Assembly (NCBI GenBank): GCA_963814275.1
Contig: CAWFCE010000002.1
Span: 554,537-618,536 of the forward strand
Direction: 5' to 3'
From: Candidatus Parcubacteria bacterium
Lineage (GTDB): Bacteria > Patescibacteriota > Patescibacteriia > Patescibacteriales > UBA12075
Length of the DNA: 64,000 nucleotides
Shown: positions 35,758 to 45,169 of the stretch, piece after piece
Numbering within the stretch: the stretch's first letter is position 1
Layout: each line of letters starts with the position of its first letter
Translations under genes and position numbers: made by a program
The notes under the pieces: generated by a model
Databases searched by the model: none
What the model saw: the letters and a program-made list of their open reading frames with translations, nothing else
What the model was told of the DNA's origin: nothing

Positions 35758-38166
35758 ATGGTTGATGAATTTCTAAAAGGCTCTATTATCGCGGCGGTTG
35801 GTTTGATCGTATCCATGATCGTTACGGTAATGGGGACGATTTTAACGGCAGCTATCAATGCCGTAATTAGCGTTGCCCAGTATAATAATTTCATCAATGA
35901 ACAGGCGATTATCCAGGCCTGGGGGATTATCCGGGATTTTTGCAATATGTTTTTTGTGCTGGTCCTGCTGGCGATCGCTTTTGCCACTATCCTGCGCTAC
36001 GAGAGTTATTCGATCAAACGGCTCCTGCCCAAGCTCCTGATCATGGCGGTGCTGATCAATTTTTCCCGCATGATCTGCGGCCTGATCATCGATGCCGCCC
36101 AGATCGTGATGCTGACCTTCGTCAGCACCTTCAAGGATAGCGCCGGCAATTTTGCGACTACTTTGCAAATTAAAGAAATGCTGGCCATGGTTCAAGAAAA
36201 CCAATGGACGGGCGACTTGAATTTATTGGGTACTATCGGCGCGATGGTGGGCGCCGCCATTTTTTTGGTTATTGCCGGAGTGGTCATGGTGGTATTATTG
36301 GCGGTATTGGTCATCCGTATCGTCATGCTCTGGATCTACGTGGCGCTTTCGCCCTTGGCTTATCTCCTGTCCGCCTTCCCGGGCGGGCAAAAATATTCTT
36401 CGCAGTGGTGGGATAGTTTCATTAATTACGTTATCTCCGGCCCGCTTCTGGCCTTTTTCATCTGGCTCGCCCTGGTAGCAGCCGGAAAAATCAGCCAGAT
36501 AGTTCCTGTCAGCTATGACGGAGAAGTGGAACAGTGTTTCGGCCCGACGCAAATACTTTGCCCCAGTAAGTTTATTAATTTCCTGATCGCTATCGGCACC
36601 CTGGTCGGCGGCCTGATCGCCACCTCCCGCCTGGGCGGCATGGTCGGCAGCGCGGCCGGCAAAGGGATGGGCGCGATCAATAAGGGCAAGGCTTTGGGCA
36701 TCAAGGGAGTCAGACGGGCAACCGGCTATGAGGCCGCCACAAACATCGGCAGCCGTTATATGGCGATGCGCAAGACGCAGCGGGAAGAGAAGTATCGCCT
36801 GGGAACCGAAAAACTTGCCCAAGGAGTTGGCGTAGCCAAACAAACTTTAATAGCGGCACCCGCCAATTTTATCACAAAGTCAGCTAGAAACGCTTTGGGA
36901 AAATTTACGGGTAGCAACAAAATACAAGAATTACAGAACCAGATTGAAACAGACAAGGTTAATCATGCGACCGCCAAGGATAATTTGGAAAACAAGAAAG
37001 ATTTTTCTTTTAAAGATATAAATAATAAAGTGAGAAGTTATGAGTGGAAAGGAACTGATTGGGAAGAAAAAATTGATGGAGCGGTTCAGCCAAACAGGAT
37101 ATCTCACGATAAGAGGCATGATATAGTTGGCGAAATGGAAAAATCTCATGAGTCAAATATTAAAAATAAAAACGAAAATATAGATAATACCAACAAAAGC
37201 CGAAAGATAAAAGAGGGAGCGTTAAAAGTCGGCATGGGCAGTGCCTTGACAATTCTAGGAGCCGCGACAGGCGGAGTGGGATGGCTGGGCGGAAGCGCCC
37301 TGTTTGCAACGGGGGCATTCGGCTTGCCCAAAGCAGGACGTGCGATTAAAAATGCCGGGAAAAGCGATTTGGCACTGGCTGAAAATTATAACGCCAGACA
37401 GACCCGGGAAAAACAGGAAGACTTTAAAAAAGAAAGCGACGCTAAAGTAGTCAACGCGATGGACGATCCGACCATGAACGTATATGAACGGACTGCCGCG
37501 GCCATGGAAGCAATGGACCGGCGTTTGATCGACCTTAATACGGCCATCCGCAAGCAGACCGAGATCGAGAAGTCGTTCAAAGGCGATAAGCGCATGAAAA
37601 GCATGCTGGACGCGGTAATGGAGAGGAAATACGTGGGCGCGACCAGCGATTTTGCCACTCTGCGCAATCCGAAAGCCAAGCCGGAAGACATCGCCACCGC
37701 CGACCGTAAGATCAGGGATGGCTATGCGAGCGGCAAATATACGATGAAAGATATGGACAACAAGTCTCTTGAATTGAGCATTAACCAATTGGCCAGCGGC
37801 ATGAAAACGGGCAAATTCGTGGCTCAATACAAAGACCTGGATACCAGCAAGCAAGCGGCTGTGACACGCGCCTTAAAAAGCGACCAGGCATATGAGGCGC
37901 GCGAAAAATTAGCCCACATCACCGATATCAATACGGCTTTCGAGGGTGCCGATCCGGTCGATATCAAGAAATTCACACAGAGCTTGAATCTCGAGCAGAT
38001 CAGGAAAATATTAAGCGATGGAACCGACGAGCAGATCAAACAACTAAAGATATATGTTGATGCCAGTACGAAAGGAACAAGCATGCTTTCTGACCAAGTA
38101 GGCAAGCTTATGAGTAATAGCAATAACAGGAACGCAAGCACCGCATTAAGCGATTTGATGACATAA
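35758..38166 (+). CDS. TrbL/VirB6-like polytopic membrane protein with long charged C-terminal extension
   Basis: 802 aa. The first ~330 aa hold ~6-7 TM helices, including RIVMLWIYVALSPLAYLLSAFPG...W, which resembles the TrbL/VirB6 core. The remaining ~450 aa are Lys/Glu/Asp-rich and predicted helical. Confidence 0.7.
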   Translation: MVDEFLKGSIIAAVGLIVSMIVTVMGTILTAAINAVISVAQYNNFINEQAIIQAWGIIRDFCNMFFVLVLLAIAFATILRYESYSIKRLLPKLLIMAVLINFSRMICGLIIDAAQIVMLTFVSTFKDSAGNFATTLQIKEMLAMVQENQWTGDLNLLGTIGAMVGAAIFLVIAGVVMVVLLAVLVIRIVMLWIYVALSPLAYLLSAFPGGQKYSSQWWDSFINYVISGPLLAFFIWLALVAAGKISQIVPVSYDGEVEQCFGPTQILCPSKFINFLIAIGTLVGGLIATSRLGGMVGSAAGKGMGAINKGKALGIKGVRRATGYEAATNIGSRYMAMRKTQREEKYRLGTEKLAQGVGVAKQTLIAAPANFITKSARNALGKFTGSNKIQELQNQIETDKVNHATAKDNLENKKDFSFKDINNKVRSYEWKGTDWEEKIDGAVQPNRISHDKRHDIVGEMEKSHESNIKNKNENIDNTNKSRKIKEGALKVGMGSALTILGAATGGVGWLGGSALFATGAFGLPKAGRAIKNAGKSDLALAENYNARQTREKQEDFKKESDAKVVNAMDDPTMNVYERTAAAMEAMDRRLIDLNTAIRKQTEIEKSFKGDKRMKSMLDAVMERKYVGATSDFATLRNPKAKPEDIATADRKIRDGYASGKYTMKDMDNKSLELSINQLASGMKTGKFVAQYKDLDTSKQAAVTRALKSDQAYEAREKLAHITDINTAFEGADPVDIKKFTQSLNLEQIRKILSDGTDEQIKQLKIYVDASTKGTSMLSDQVGKLMSNSNNRNASTALSDLMT

Positions 38167-38175
38167 TTTATATCC

Positions 38176-39318
38176 ATGAATAATCAGGCAAAACAATTCA
38201 TACGGGCAGTCAGCAATTTATCCGAAGAAGCGGAATATTATTTCGAGTCCAAATCCTTGTCGGACTCGCTTGATGAGCTGAACAGGAAATACCAATTGCA
38301 GACTAGTTTCTTTGCTGAGTTGATCGACCGAATCGTCGTGTCTGATTTTTCCTTTGCCGGACTCGAGGAAGCGATCATGGATGTGCTTGACGTAGATGAA
38401 ATCCAGGCCAGGAAAATCGCGGTTGATTATATCGGAATGGTGTTTTTACCCCTGGAAAGATATTTGGACAAGGTTGATATATCCCGTCAAATAACCGACA
38501 GAGAAGGGGATCCAAAAAATTACGAAAAATACAAAGATAAATTTATTGAGGAAATAGACGATAAGAATATCGAATTATTGGATGAATTGACCAAATTGCA
38601 CGAGCGGGAAGTGGATATAAATTACGAGGAAGAAGTTGCCAAGGATATGCTGGACACGAAAATCGCCGATATTTTGAAAGCCGGTACTCCCGGTCCGCTC
38701 GCGGTATTGAATGGCGGCTTAATAAATTTGCTGTTCAATAAAAAGAATTTCAAGGAAAGCGCCAAAAAAATATTATTAAACAGCGAAGCAGTATTGACCG
38801 TTAAGCCGATTATGGTAGACAATAAAACAGTGAGAGCGACGGTGGCTAATTGGCTTAAGGATTTTATCAAACAATACGGCACCGGCGTTTTCGACAATGT
38901 TACTTTGACTAACTATGTAATAAATTCTGCCAATTGCAAGCAGTTAACAGAAAATGAAAAAAAGGTATTGACCAAGCTTCTTTTGACATACCGTAATATA
39001 TATTTTTTTCCCGAAAGTTTACAAAATATATCACCAAATGACTGGGAAATAATTCCAAGCGGCCGCAAAATGGACGAACAAGGAAAGGCCCATAAAGTAA
39101 GCGGGCCGCCGAAGACGGTGGAGGAAAAGGAGATCGATGATCTGAAGAAAGAGGAAGAACAGTACCAGGAAGGCGGGCTGGAGCGCAGGGCGCTCGAGGA
39201 GGAAGTGGCGAGCAAAAAGAAAGTGGAAGAGCTTCTGGCTATGGCCGGCAAATACAAACCAGGCAGCCTGGAGCATAAAGCCTTGACCGAAGAGATCAAT
39301 AAGATAAAAAAACGCTGA
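38176..39318 (+). CDS. Hypothetical soluble protein (acidic, coiled-coil-like C-terminus)
   Basis: 380 aa. Its N-terminal ~95 aa resemble the N-terminus of the next gene product. C-terminus is KKEEEQYQEGGLERRALEEEVASKKKVEEL. Confidence 0.75.
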   Translation: MNNQAKQFIRAVSNLSEEAEYYFESKSLSDSLDELNRKYQLQTSFFAELIDRIVVSDFSFAGLEEAIMDVLDVDEIQARKIAVDYIGMVFLPLERYLDKVDISRQITDREGDPKNYEKYKDKFIEEIDDKNIELLDELTKLHEREVDINYEEEVAKDMLDTKIADILKAGTPGPLAVLNGGLINLLFNKKNFKESAKKILLNSEAVLTVKPIMVDNKTVRATVANWLKDFIKQYGTGVFDNVTLTNYVINSANCKQLTENEKKVLTKLLLTYRNIYFFPESLQNISPNDWEIIPSGRKMDEQGKAHKVSGPPKTVEEKEIDDLKKEEEQYQEGGLERRALEEEVASKKKVEELLAMAGKYKPGSLEHKALTEEINKIKKR

Positions 39319-39320
39319 TA

Positions 39321-39415
39321 CGCGAATGTATAAATCCACTACAAATCTACAAATTACAGATCATATAAAAAAATTAAATAATTTGTAGATTTATACTAAA
39401 ATTTGTACATTCGCG
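39321..39415. repeat. Long imperfect palindrome in the intergenic spacer
   Basis: Left arm CGCGAATGTATAAATCCACTACAAATCTACAAATTA (39321-39356) and right arm TAATTTGTAGATTTATACTAAAATTTGTACATTCGCG (39379-39415). The outer 10 bp and inner 14 bp are perfect. Confidence 0.8.
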
Positions 39416-39457
39416 TGAATTAATTGATTTTAGCGAAATTAAGTTTTTAGTCGAAGT

Positions 39458-41044
39458 ATGTTGTCATATCTCGAAAAATACAATAAACTGCCGGCAGAAA
39501 TGCGTAGCCGGATGTCCGCGCCGGAGATCGTCGATGCGATCGGACGACTGGAGAAGCAATACGGGATAAATCTGGCGACCGCTGTCATGCGCGTCATGGT
39601 CAAAGAGCTGTCGCTCGTCGACCTGCCGCAGTATTTCGCTTTTGAATATGAGCTTGGCCCGCACCAGGCGGAAGCGCTTGTGGAGGAGCTCAAAGATCAG
39701 GTTCTAGTGGATTTTGCCGGATATTTGGGCTATACGAGCAACAGGAAAGAACCAGCCGCTGAAACCGCCGTCTCCGGGGGAGGAAAGCCTAAAAACCGTC
39801 CGGATACAAGGGTAAGCGCGGCGCCGATACGCAGCTCGAACTTTTTCTTTTCCTCTGAAGATGAAGAAGAAGTGCGCGAGCTTACGGAAAAGCTTTATTC
39901 CGGCGGTATAGAACAGCGGGAAAAAAGCATGAAGAATGACCAGGAGCTTAATTCCCTGACGGATTCGATCGTAAACGAGCTCCATTTTAATTTCAGCTCC
40001 GAAGATTTGGCCCATCGTTTCCGGCAGGTGGTGTATACCTGCGTGAAGGGCGTGCGCAACCGGCTCGATACCAAGGAAACCCTTAAGAAGGCAATCGCCA
40101 CCGGCGGCTTGGGACTGAATGAACCGCTGTCAAATAAAACCATCGCCGTTGTAGACCGCATGATGATGGAACGGCATAATGACAGACACAAGGTAGACAA
40201 TGGTATGAAACCGGAAAATAACGATATGGGCAAACTAAAAGCTGCTGCCGGAAAGGCCGAACAGGTAAACAGCCATTTGAATATTATATCTAATACAAGA
40301 GAAAAAAGTGATATAGAAAAAACTTCGGCATCAGCCATTGAGCGGGACGCGCCTTACGATTTCAGTCGGTTGGCTGAGTCACCGCCGGCCGCCGGCAAGA
40401 CAAGTAAGGCAGCCGAATCTCCGCGGCCGGCAGAAAAGCATGTTTTGGATCTGGCCTCCGCCAAACAGCCGGCTTCAGACCACGGAAAACAGGCCGGCGC
40501 AAGCCCGTTAAAAAGCGACGTAATAGATTTGAGCCGCCGATCTTCGGCCGATAAGCGTGACGAAAAAACCGATCCTGAAAAAGGCATACTATTTGGCAAA
40601 GAGAAAGTAATCATTACCCAAGGAGCCGCCGCCGGGTCGGGCAAAGCGAAACAGTTCATCCGCCAAGCGCCGACACAATCAGGAAAAGTGCGCGTTGAAG
40701 ACGTTAAATATGTTCCGAAGCTGACCGGCCCGATTGACGAACTCAAAGAAATGGATTTGATCAATTTCCGCCGATTGAGCGCGGATGCGGACACAGCGAC
40801 CGGGAAGATAAAAGAAAAAATATCGTTTTTGGAAGAAGGCAGCTACCAAGAGCGTCTGGCCGGCATCAAGGCCTGGCGATTAAGCCCGGTAAATAAGCTG
40901 TATCTGGCCATCGGGCAGGAAAGCATCCATAGCCAGCGGCCGATCGATGAGATAATCCAGGATCGCAAAGAAAATGGCGGCGAGTATTTGACCAAGCCGG
41001 AATTTGCTGCCATTATGGAATTGAACAGGGGGTTGCGCTTTTAA
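39458..41044 (+). CDS. Hypothetical soluble protein (low-complexity middle region)
   Basis: 528 aa. N-terminal helical domain (LEKQYGINLATAVMRVMVKELSLVDL...) is similar in pattern to that of the 38176 product. No nucleotide-binding motif seen. Confidence 0.75.
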   Translation: MLSYLEKYNKLPAEMRSRMSAPEIVDAIGRLEKQYGINLATAVMRVMVKELSLVDLPQYFAFEYELGPHQAEALVEELKDQVLVDFAGYLGYTSNRKEPAAETAVSGGGKPKNRPDTRVSAAPIRSSNFFFSSEDEEEVRELTEKLYSGGIEQREKSMKNDQELNSLTDSIVNELHFNFSSEDLAHRFRQVVYTCVKGVRNRLDTKETLKKAIATGGLGLNEPLSNKTIAVVDRMMMERHNDRHKVDNGMKPENNDMGKLKAAAGKAEQVNSHLNIISNTREKSDIEKTSASAIERDAPYDFSRLAESPPAAGKTSKAAESPRPAEKHVLDLASAKQPASDHGKQAGASPLKSDVIDLSRRSSADKRDEKTDPEKGILFGKEKVIITQGAAAGSGKAKQFIRQAPTQSGKVRVEDVKYVPKLTGPIDELKEMDLINFRRLSADADTATGKIKEKISFLEEGSYQERLAGIKAWRLSPVNKLYLAIGQESIHSQRPIDEIIQDRKENGGEYLTKPEFAAIMELNRGLRF

Positions 41045-41091
41045 GATTAATCTAAATTATGATTTAATAAACTTTTAATTTTAATATAAAA

Positions 41092-41604
41092 ATGCAACAG
41101 TTTACCGTTCCGCAATTTATCGATGTTGAAGACAAGATCATCGGCCCGATTACTGCCAGGCAGTTTGTTATAATGCTGTCAGGTTTTATGCTGATGGCGC
41201 TTTGCTACCGCCTGTTCAAATTCACTTTCTTTCTCGTGGCTTGCGTATTGATATTCGGCGTATCCGGGGTTTTTGCCTTTTTAAAAATCAACGGAATGCC
41301 TTTTCATTTTTTTATTCTTAATTTTGTCCAAACTTCGAAACGGCCCTTTTTGCGGGTCTGGAACAGCCGTCTGCAAAAAGAATTGCCTGTGCAGGACGAA
41401 AAGGAGCAGGTTCCGGAGGAAATCCCTTACTTCAAACCAAAACCGCTTACTATTTCCCATTTGGCGGAATTAGCCCTGATCGTCGATACGCAGGGAAGCT
41501 TTAAAGGCGGGCAAGACATTAACATAAATAACGATTCAGACGCCGCGGCGGCTTCGGTACCCCCGGCCAGGGAAGAGGTTTTAAAAACCCTAGAACAAAC
41601 TTAA
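41092..41604 (+). CDS. PrgI-family / VirB3-like small membrane protein
   Basis: 170 aa. MQQFTVPQFIDVEDKIIGPITARQFVIMLSGFMLMAL followed by a second TM helix is the characteristic PrgI (Gram-positive VirB3 analogue) N-terminus. Confidence 0.75.
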   Translation: MQQFTVPQFIDVEDKIIGPITARQFVIMLSGFMLMALCYRLFKFTFFLVACVLIFGVSGVFAFLKINGMPFHFFILNFVQTSKRPFLRVWNSRLQKELPVQDEKEQVPEEIPYFKPKPLTISHLAELALIVDTQGSFKGGQDININNDSDAAAASVPPAREEVLKTLEQT

Positions 41605-41611
41605 CACCAAT

Positions 41612-42301
41612 ATGGCAAACACCAGTCCGGACAAATTAGCCAGGCACAAGATCGGCGTTACTACGCAGCAGTATTTGGATATTGCCGAAATCAAGGAGGA
41701 CACCGTTATTATGCGGGACGGGACCTTGCGTGCCGTACTTTTGGTTTCAAGCATCAATTTCGCCTTGAAGAGCGAGGATGAGCAGAACGCGATCATTGCC
41801 GCGTATGTCAGTTTTTTGAATAATATCGATTTTCCCCTGCAGATAGTTATCCAGTCGCGGGAACTGAATATCGAGGGATATATCGAGAACTTGAAGCAAA
41901 AAGCAAAGGAACAGGTCAATGAGCTTCTGAAGATGCAGACCAATGAATATATCCAGTATATCGGCGAATTGGTATCGATAAGCAAGATCATGAACAAGCG
42001 CTTTTTCGTCGTTGTGCCCTACAATCCGTTTTCCGATAAGCAAAAAGGTTTTTTTGCCCGTTTTTTCGACGTTTTCCGGCCGGCCATGCTTATCAGGATG
42101 AAGGAGGAAAAATTCCATCGCCGCCGGTCGGAACTGACCCGGCGGGTAGAAAATATCATGTCCGGACTGGGTTCGATCGGATTGAACGCCGTCCAGCTTG
42201 ACACCCAGGGCTTGATCGAGTTGTATTATAATTCTTATAATCCGGTAACTTCAGCCAATCAGCAGCTGACCGACGTGAACCAGCTGAGGGTTAAGCAATA
42301 G
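41612..42301 (+). CDS. VirB4 N-terminal-domain-like protein lacking an ATPase domain
   Basis: 229 aa. TQQYLDIAEIKEDTVIMRDGTLRAVLLVSSINFALKSEDEQNAIIAAYVSFLNNIDFPLQIVIQS follows the pattern of VirB4/TraC N-domains. No Walker motifs. Confidence 0.6.
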   Translation: MANTSPDKLARHKIGVTTQQYLDIAEIKEDTVIMRDGTLRAVLLVSSINFALKSEDEQNAIIAAYVSFLNNIDFPLQIVIQSRELNIEGYIENLKQKAKEQVNELLKMQTNEYIQYIGELVSISKIMNKRFFVVVPYNPFSDKQKGFFARFFDVFRPAMLIRMKEEKFHRRRSELTRRVENIMSGLGSIGLNAVQLDTQGLIELYYNSYNPVTSANQQLTDVNQLRVKQ

Positions 42302-42317
42302 TGAATTAAAATAATTT

Positions 42318-44252
42318 ATGAATATATTGCCAGTTTCCAAAAAAGACGATTTTTCCTCCGGGCAAACACGCTTAAACAGCAATAAAATGAAAGCGCCCGC
42401 AACCGATGATAAAGCGGAAATGATAAAAGAGTACATCGAGGAGGAAAAAGCTTATCGCCGCGGAGCCGTATCGATCAAAGATCTGATATCTCCCGCCAGT
42501 CTGAAAATAACCCCGAATCATTTGATACTTGGCGATAAGTTCCTCCGGACGATTTTTGTCATTAATTATCCGCGCTATATAAGTGTTGGCTGGTTTTCGC
42601 CTATCATAAACCTGAATTCCACTTTTGACGTTTCAATGTTCTTCTATCCGGTGTCAAGCGCGGTAATTTTGAAACAGCTTAAGAAAAAAGTCGGCGCGCT
42701 TGAAGCCCAGATAATTTCCGACGCGGAAAAAGGGGCGGCCCGCGATCCTTTGCGGGAAACCGCCCTGCGGGACATCGAGGCCTTAAGGGACGCCTTGACC
42801 CAGGGGATCGAGAAATTTTTCCAATTCGCCCTGTATGTGACGATCTACGCGGAAAGTAAGGATGAACTGGACAAAATGACGGCTTCGATCGAAAATATTT
42901 TCGGATCCCGCCTGGTATATTCGAAAAAAGTCTTTTATCAAGCGGAACAAGGATTCAATTCCACCCTGCCTATATGCAATGACGAATTGTATATTACGTT
43001 CAATATGAATTCATCGCCGATCGCATCGTCTTTTCCTTTCATATCCAGCGAACTGACGAGCGATAACGGGATCCTATACGGCATTAACCGGCACAATAAC
43101 AGCTTGATACTCTTTGACCGTTTCAGCCTGCAAAATGCCAATACGGTCGTATTCGCCACTTCCGGCGCAGGAAAAAGCTATGCCATCAAATTGGAAGTTC
43201 TCCGTTCACTGATGCTCGGGACCGATGTGATCATCATCGATCCGGAATACGAATACAAGCATTTGTCCGACGCGGTCGGCGGCACCTATATCAATGTGTC
43301 CTTGTCGAGCGAAAACAAGATAAACCCATTCGATCTGCCGCGTTCGATCGGCGGCGAATCCAAACCGGGCGATATCATCAGAAGCGCGGTAATTACGACT
43401 AAAGGCTTGATACGCCTGATGCTGGGTGAGTTGACACATGAAGAAGATTCGATCGTGGACCGCGCTTTGCTGGAAACATACGCCAAAAAAGATATTACCG
43501 CAGACAGCGACCTGACCAAGATCGAACCGCCGATTATGCAGGATTTTCAGGATATACTGGAGGGCATGGAGGGCGGAGCCGACCTGGCCCTGCGCCTGAA
43601 GAAATATACCCAGGGGACATTTTCCGGGCTGTTCAACAGTCCGACCAATGTCAGAATGGACAATATCCTGATCTGTTTTTCCGTGCGCGACCTGGAAGAC
43701 GAATTGCGGCCAATCGCGATCTATATGATCATCAATTATATCTGGAACGTTGTCCGCAGTGAAATGAAAAAGCGCATATTGGTTATCGATGAAGCTTGGT
43801 GGCTGATGCAGCACGAAGACAGCGCCAAATTCATATACGCGCTCGTTAAACGCTGCCGAAAATATTACCTGGGAGTAACTACGATCACCCAGGATGTCAA
43901 CGATTTTTTGGTTTCTCCGTATGGACAGGCGATCGTAACGAACTCTTCATTGCAGCTGCTTTTGAAGCAATCCAGCGCCGCAATCGACCTGATCCAAAAA
44001 ATCTTCGTATTGACGGAAGGGGAAAAATACCTTTTGCTCGAATGCGGCGTCGGCGAGGGGATATTTTTTGCCGGCAGCAAGCACGCGGCTATCAAGATCG
44101 TCGCCTCCTATACCGAGGACCAGCTTATTACCTCCGATCCGCGCCAGTTGCTTGAGATCGAAGAGGCTAAAAGGGAGTTTAACGAAAGCGCCGACAGCCA
44201 ATCGGGCGGCAAAGACGAGAAAGGCGATAATATAGAAGATATGGAAATATAA
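42318..44252 (+). CDS. VirB4/TraC/CagE-type T4SS ATPase
   Basis: 644 aa with Walker A VVFATSGAGKSYAIK and Walker B RILVIDEAWWLM. The N-domain has IKDLISPASLKITPNHLILGDKFLRTIFVINYPRYISVGW, typical of VirB4. Confidence 0.85.
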   Translation: MNILPVSKKDDFSSGQTRLNSNKMKAPATDDKAEMIKEYIEEEKAYRRGAVSIKDLISPASLKITPNHLILGDKFLRTIFVINYPRYISVGWFSPIINLNSTFDVSMFFYPVSSAVILKQLKKKVGALEAQIISDAEKGAARDPLRETALRDIEALRDALTQGIEKFFQFALYVTIYAESKDELDKMTASIENIFGSRLVYSKKVFYQAEQGFNSTLPICNDELYITFNMNSSPIASSFPFISSELTSDNGILYGINRHNNSLILFDRFSLQNANTVVFATSGAGKSYAIKLEVLRSLMLGTDVIIIDPEYEYKHLSDAVGGTYINVSLSSENKINPFDLPRSIGGESKPGDIIRSAVITTKGLIRLMLGELTHEEDSIVDRALLETYAKKDITADSDLTKIEPPIMQDFQDILEGMEGGADLALRLKKYTQGTFSGLFNSPTNVRMDNILICFSVRDLEDELRPIAIYMIINYIWNVVRSEMKKRILVIDEAWWLMQHEDSAKFIYALVKRCRKYYLGVTTITQDVNDFLVSPYGQAIVTNSSLQLLLKQSSAAIDLIQKIFVLTEGEKYLLLECGVGEGIFFAGSKHAAIKIVASYTEDQLITSDPRQLLEIEEAKREFNESADSQSGGKDEKGDNIEDMEI

Positions 44253-44330
44253 AATTCATAAAAGCATATTTTTAGTTTAAAGCTGTCAGCTTACCCATCT
44301 GCCAGCGGCAGGTATTATGCCACATAACAT

Positions 44331-45008
44331 ATGAAGCGAAAATTTATTGGTATTCTAATATTGCTTTTGGGTGCGGTTTTGATGGCTGGCATTGTTTATG
44401 TGATATTGTTCGGCCAGAGCCCGATCAATGATTTCCTGAACAGGTTCAAAGATGAACAGACGATCACGATACCACCGGCTGAAAATACGCCATCGTCAAG
44501 CGATAATTCAGCCATTGTTCCGGCCGTACCGGATGCCGCCAAACCAGCGAGGGTAATTACCGTCGATGATACCGATTTGAGCGGTGATAAAATAAGTCCG
44601 CAAATTCCGGCAAAAAACAACTTCGACAAAAACGACCTGATGCGTCTGGCCGCTTCATTTGCCGAGCGTTTCGGCAGCTATTCCAACCAGTCCAATTTCA
44701 GCAATATCCTCGATCTGAAGCTTTTCATGAGCCAGCGAATGAAAGGTTGGGCCGACAATTATGTACGGGAACAGCGCAGCCGGCCGGCCGAGCAAGAAAT
44801 TTATTACGGAATAACAACCAAGGCCATTGCGGAAGAAATATTGGCCTATGACGATGATCTCGGGCAGGCGGTGGTCTCGGTCAGTGCCAGGCGGCGGGAA
44901 TCGACCGGAACAACCGGCAATACGTCCGATACATTTACCCAGGATATAAAAATCGAATTTATAAAAGAGGGCGGTTCCTGGAAAGCGGATGCCGCGTTCT
45001 GGCAATGA
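44331..45008 (+). CDS. Bitopic membrane protein; possible VirB8/PrgL-like (NTF2-like) component
   Basis: 225 aa: one N-terminal TM helix, a Pro/Ser-rich linker, then a ~130-aa domain with helices followed by strands (FAERFGSY...AVVSVSARRRE...IKIEFIKEGGSWKADAAFW). The assignment rests on architecture and gene position only. Confidence 0.35.
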   Translation: MKRKFIGILILLLGAVLMAGIVYVILFGQSPINDFLNRFKDEQTITIPPAENTPSSSDNSAIVPAVPDAAKPARVITVDDTDLSGDKISPQIPAKNNFDKNDLMRLAASFAERFGSYSNQSNFSNILDLKLFMSQRMKGWADNYVREQRSRPAEQEIYYGITTKAIAEEILAYDDDLGQAVVSVSARRRESTGTTGNTSDTFTQDIKIEFIKEGGSWKADAAFWQ

Positions 45009-45021
45009 CGGTTTCGGTAAC

Positions 45022-45098
45022 TTGAAATTTGCAACTGGAAATTCGGACAATGAAGCAATGGATTAATATCAAATTTCCAGTTGCTAGTTTCAGATTTC
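45022..45098. repeat. 77-nt heptamer-periodic palindromic element (intergenic twin of the rsmA tract)
   Basis: TTGAAAT TTGCAAC TGGAAAT TCGGACA ATGAAGC AATGGAT TAATATC AAATTTC CAGTTGC TAGTTTC AGATTTC. 13-bp inverted repeat GCAACTGGAAATT (45031-45043) / AATTTCCAGTTGC (45072-45084). Confidence 0.85.
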
Positions 45099-45169
45099 TT
45101 GGGAGATAAATACCCAATGCTAACTAAGCGAATTTGCTGATAAATTTCATAAATTGTTTTCAAATCCAG

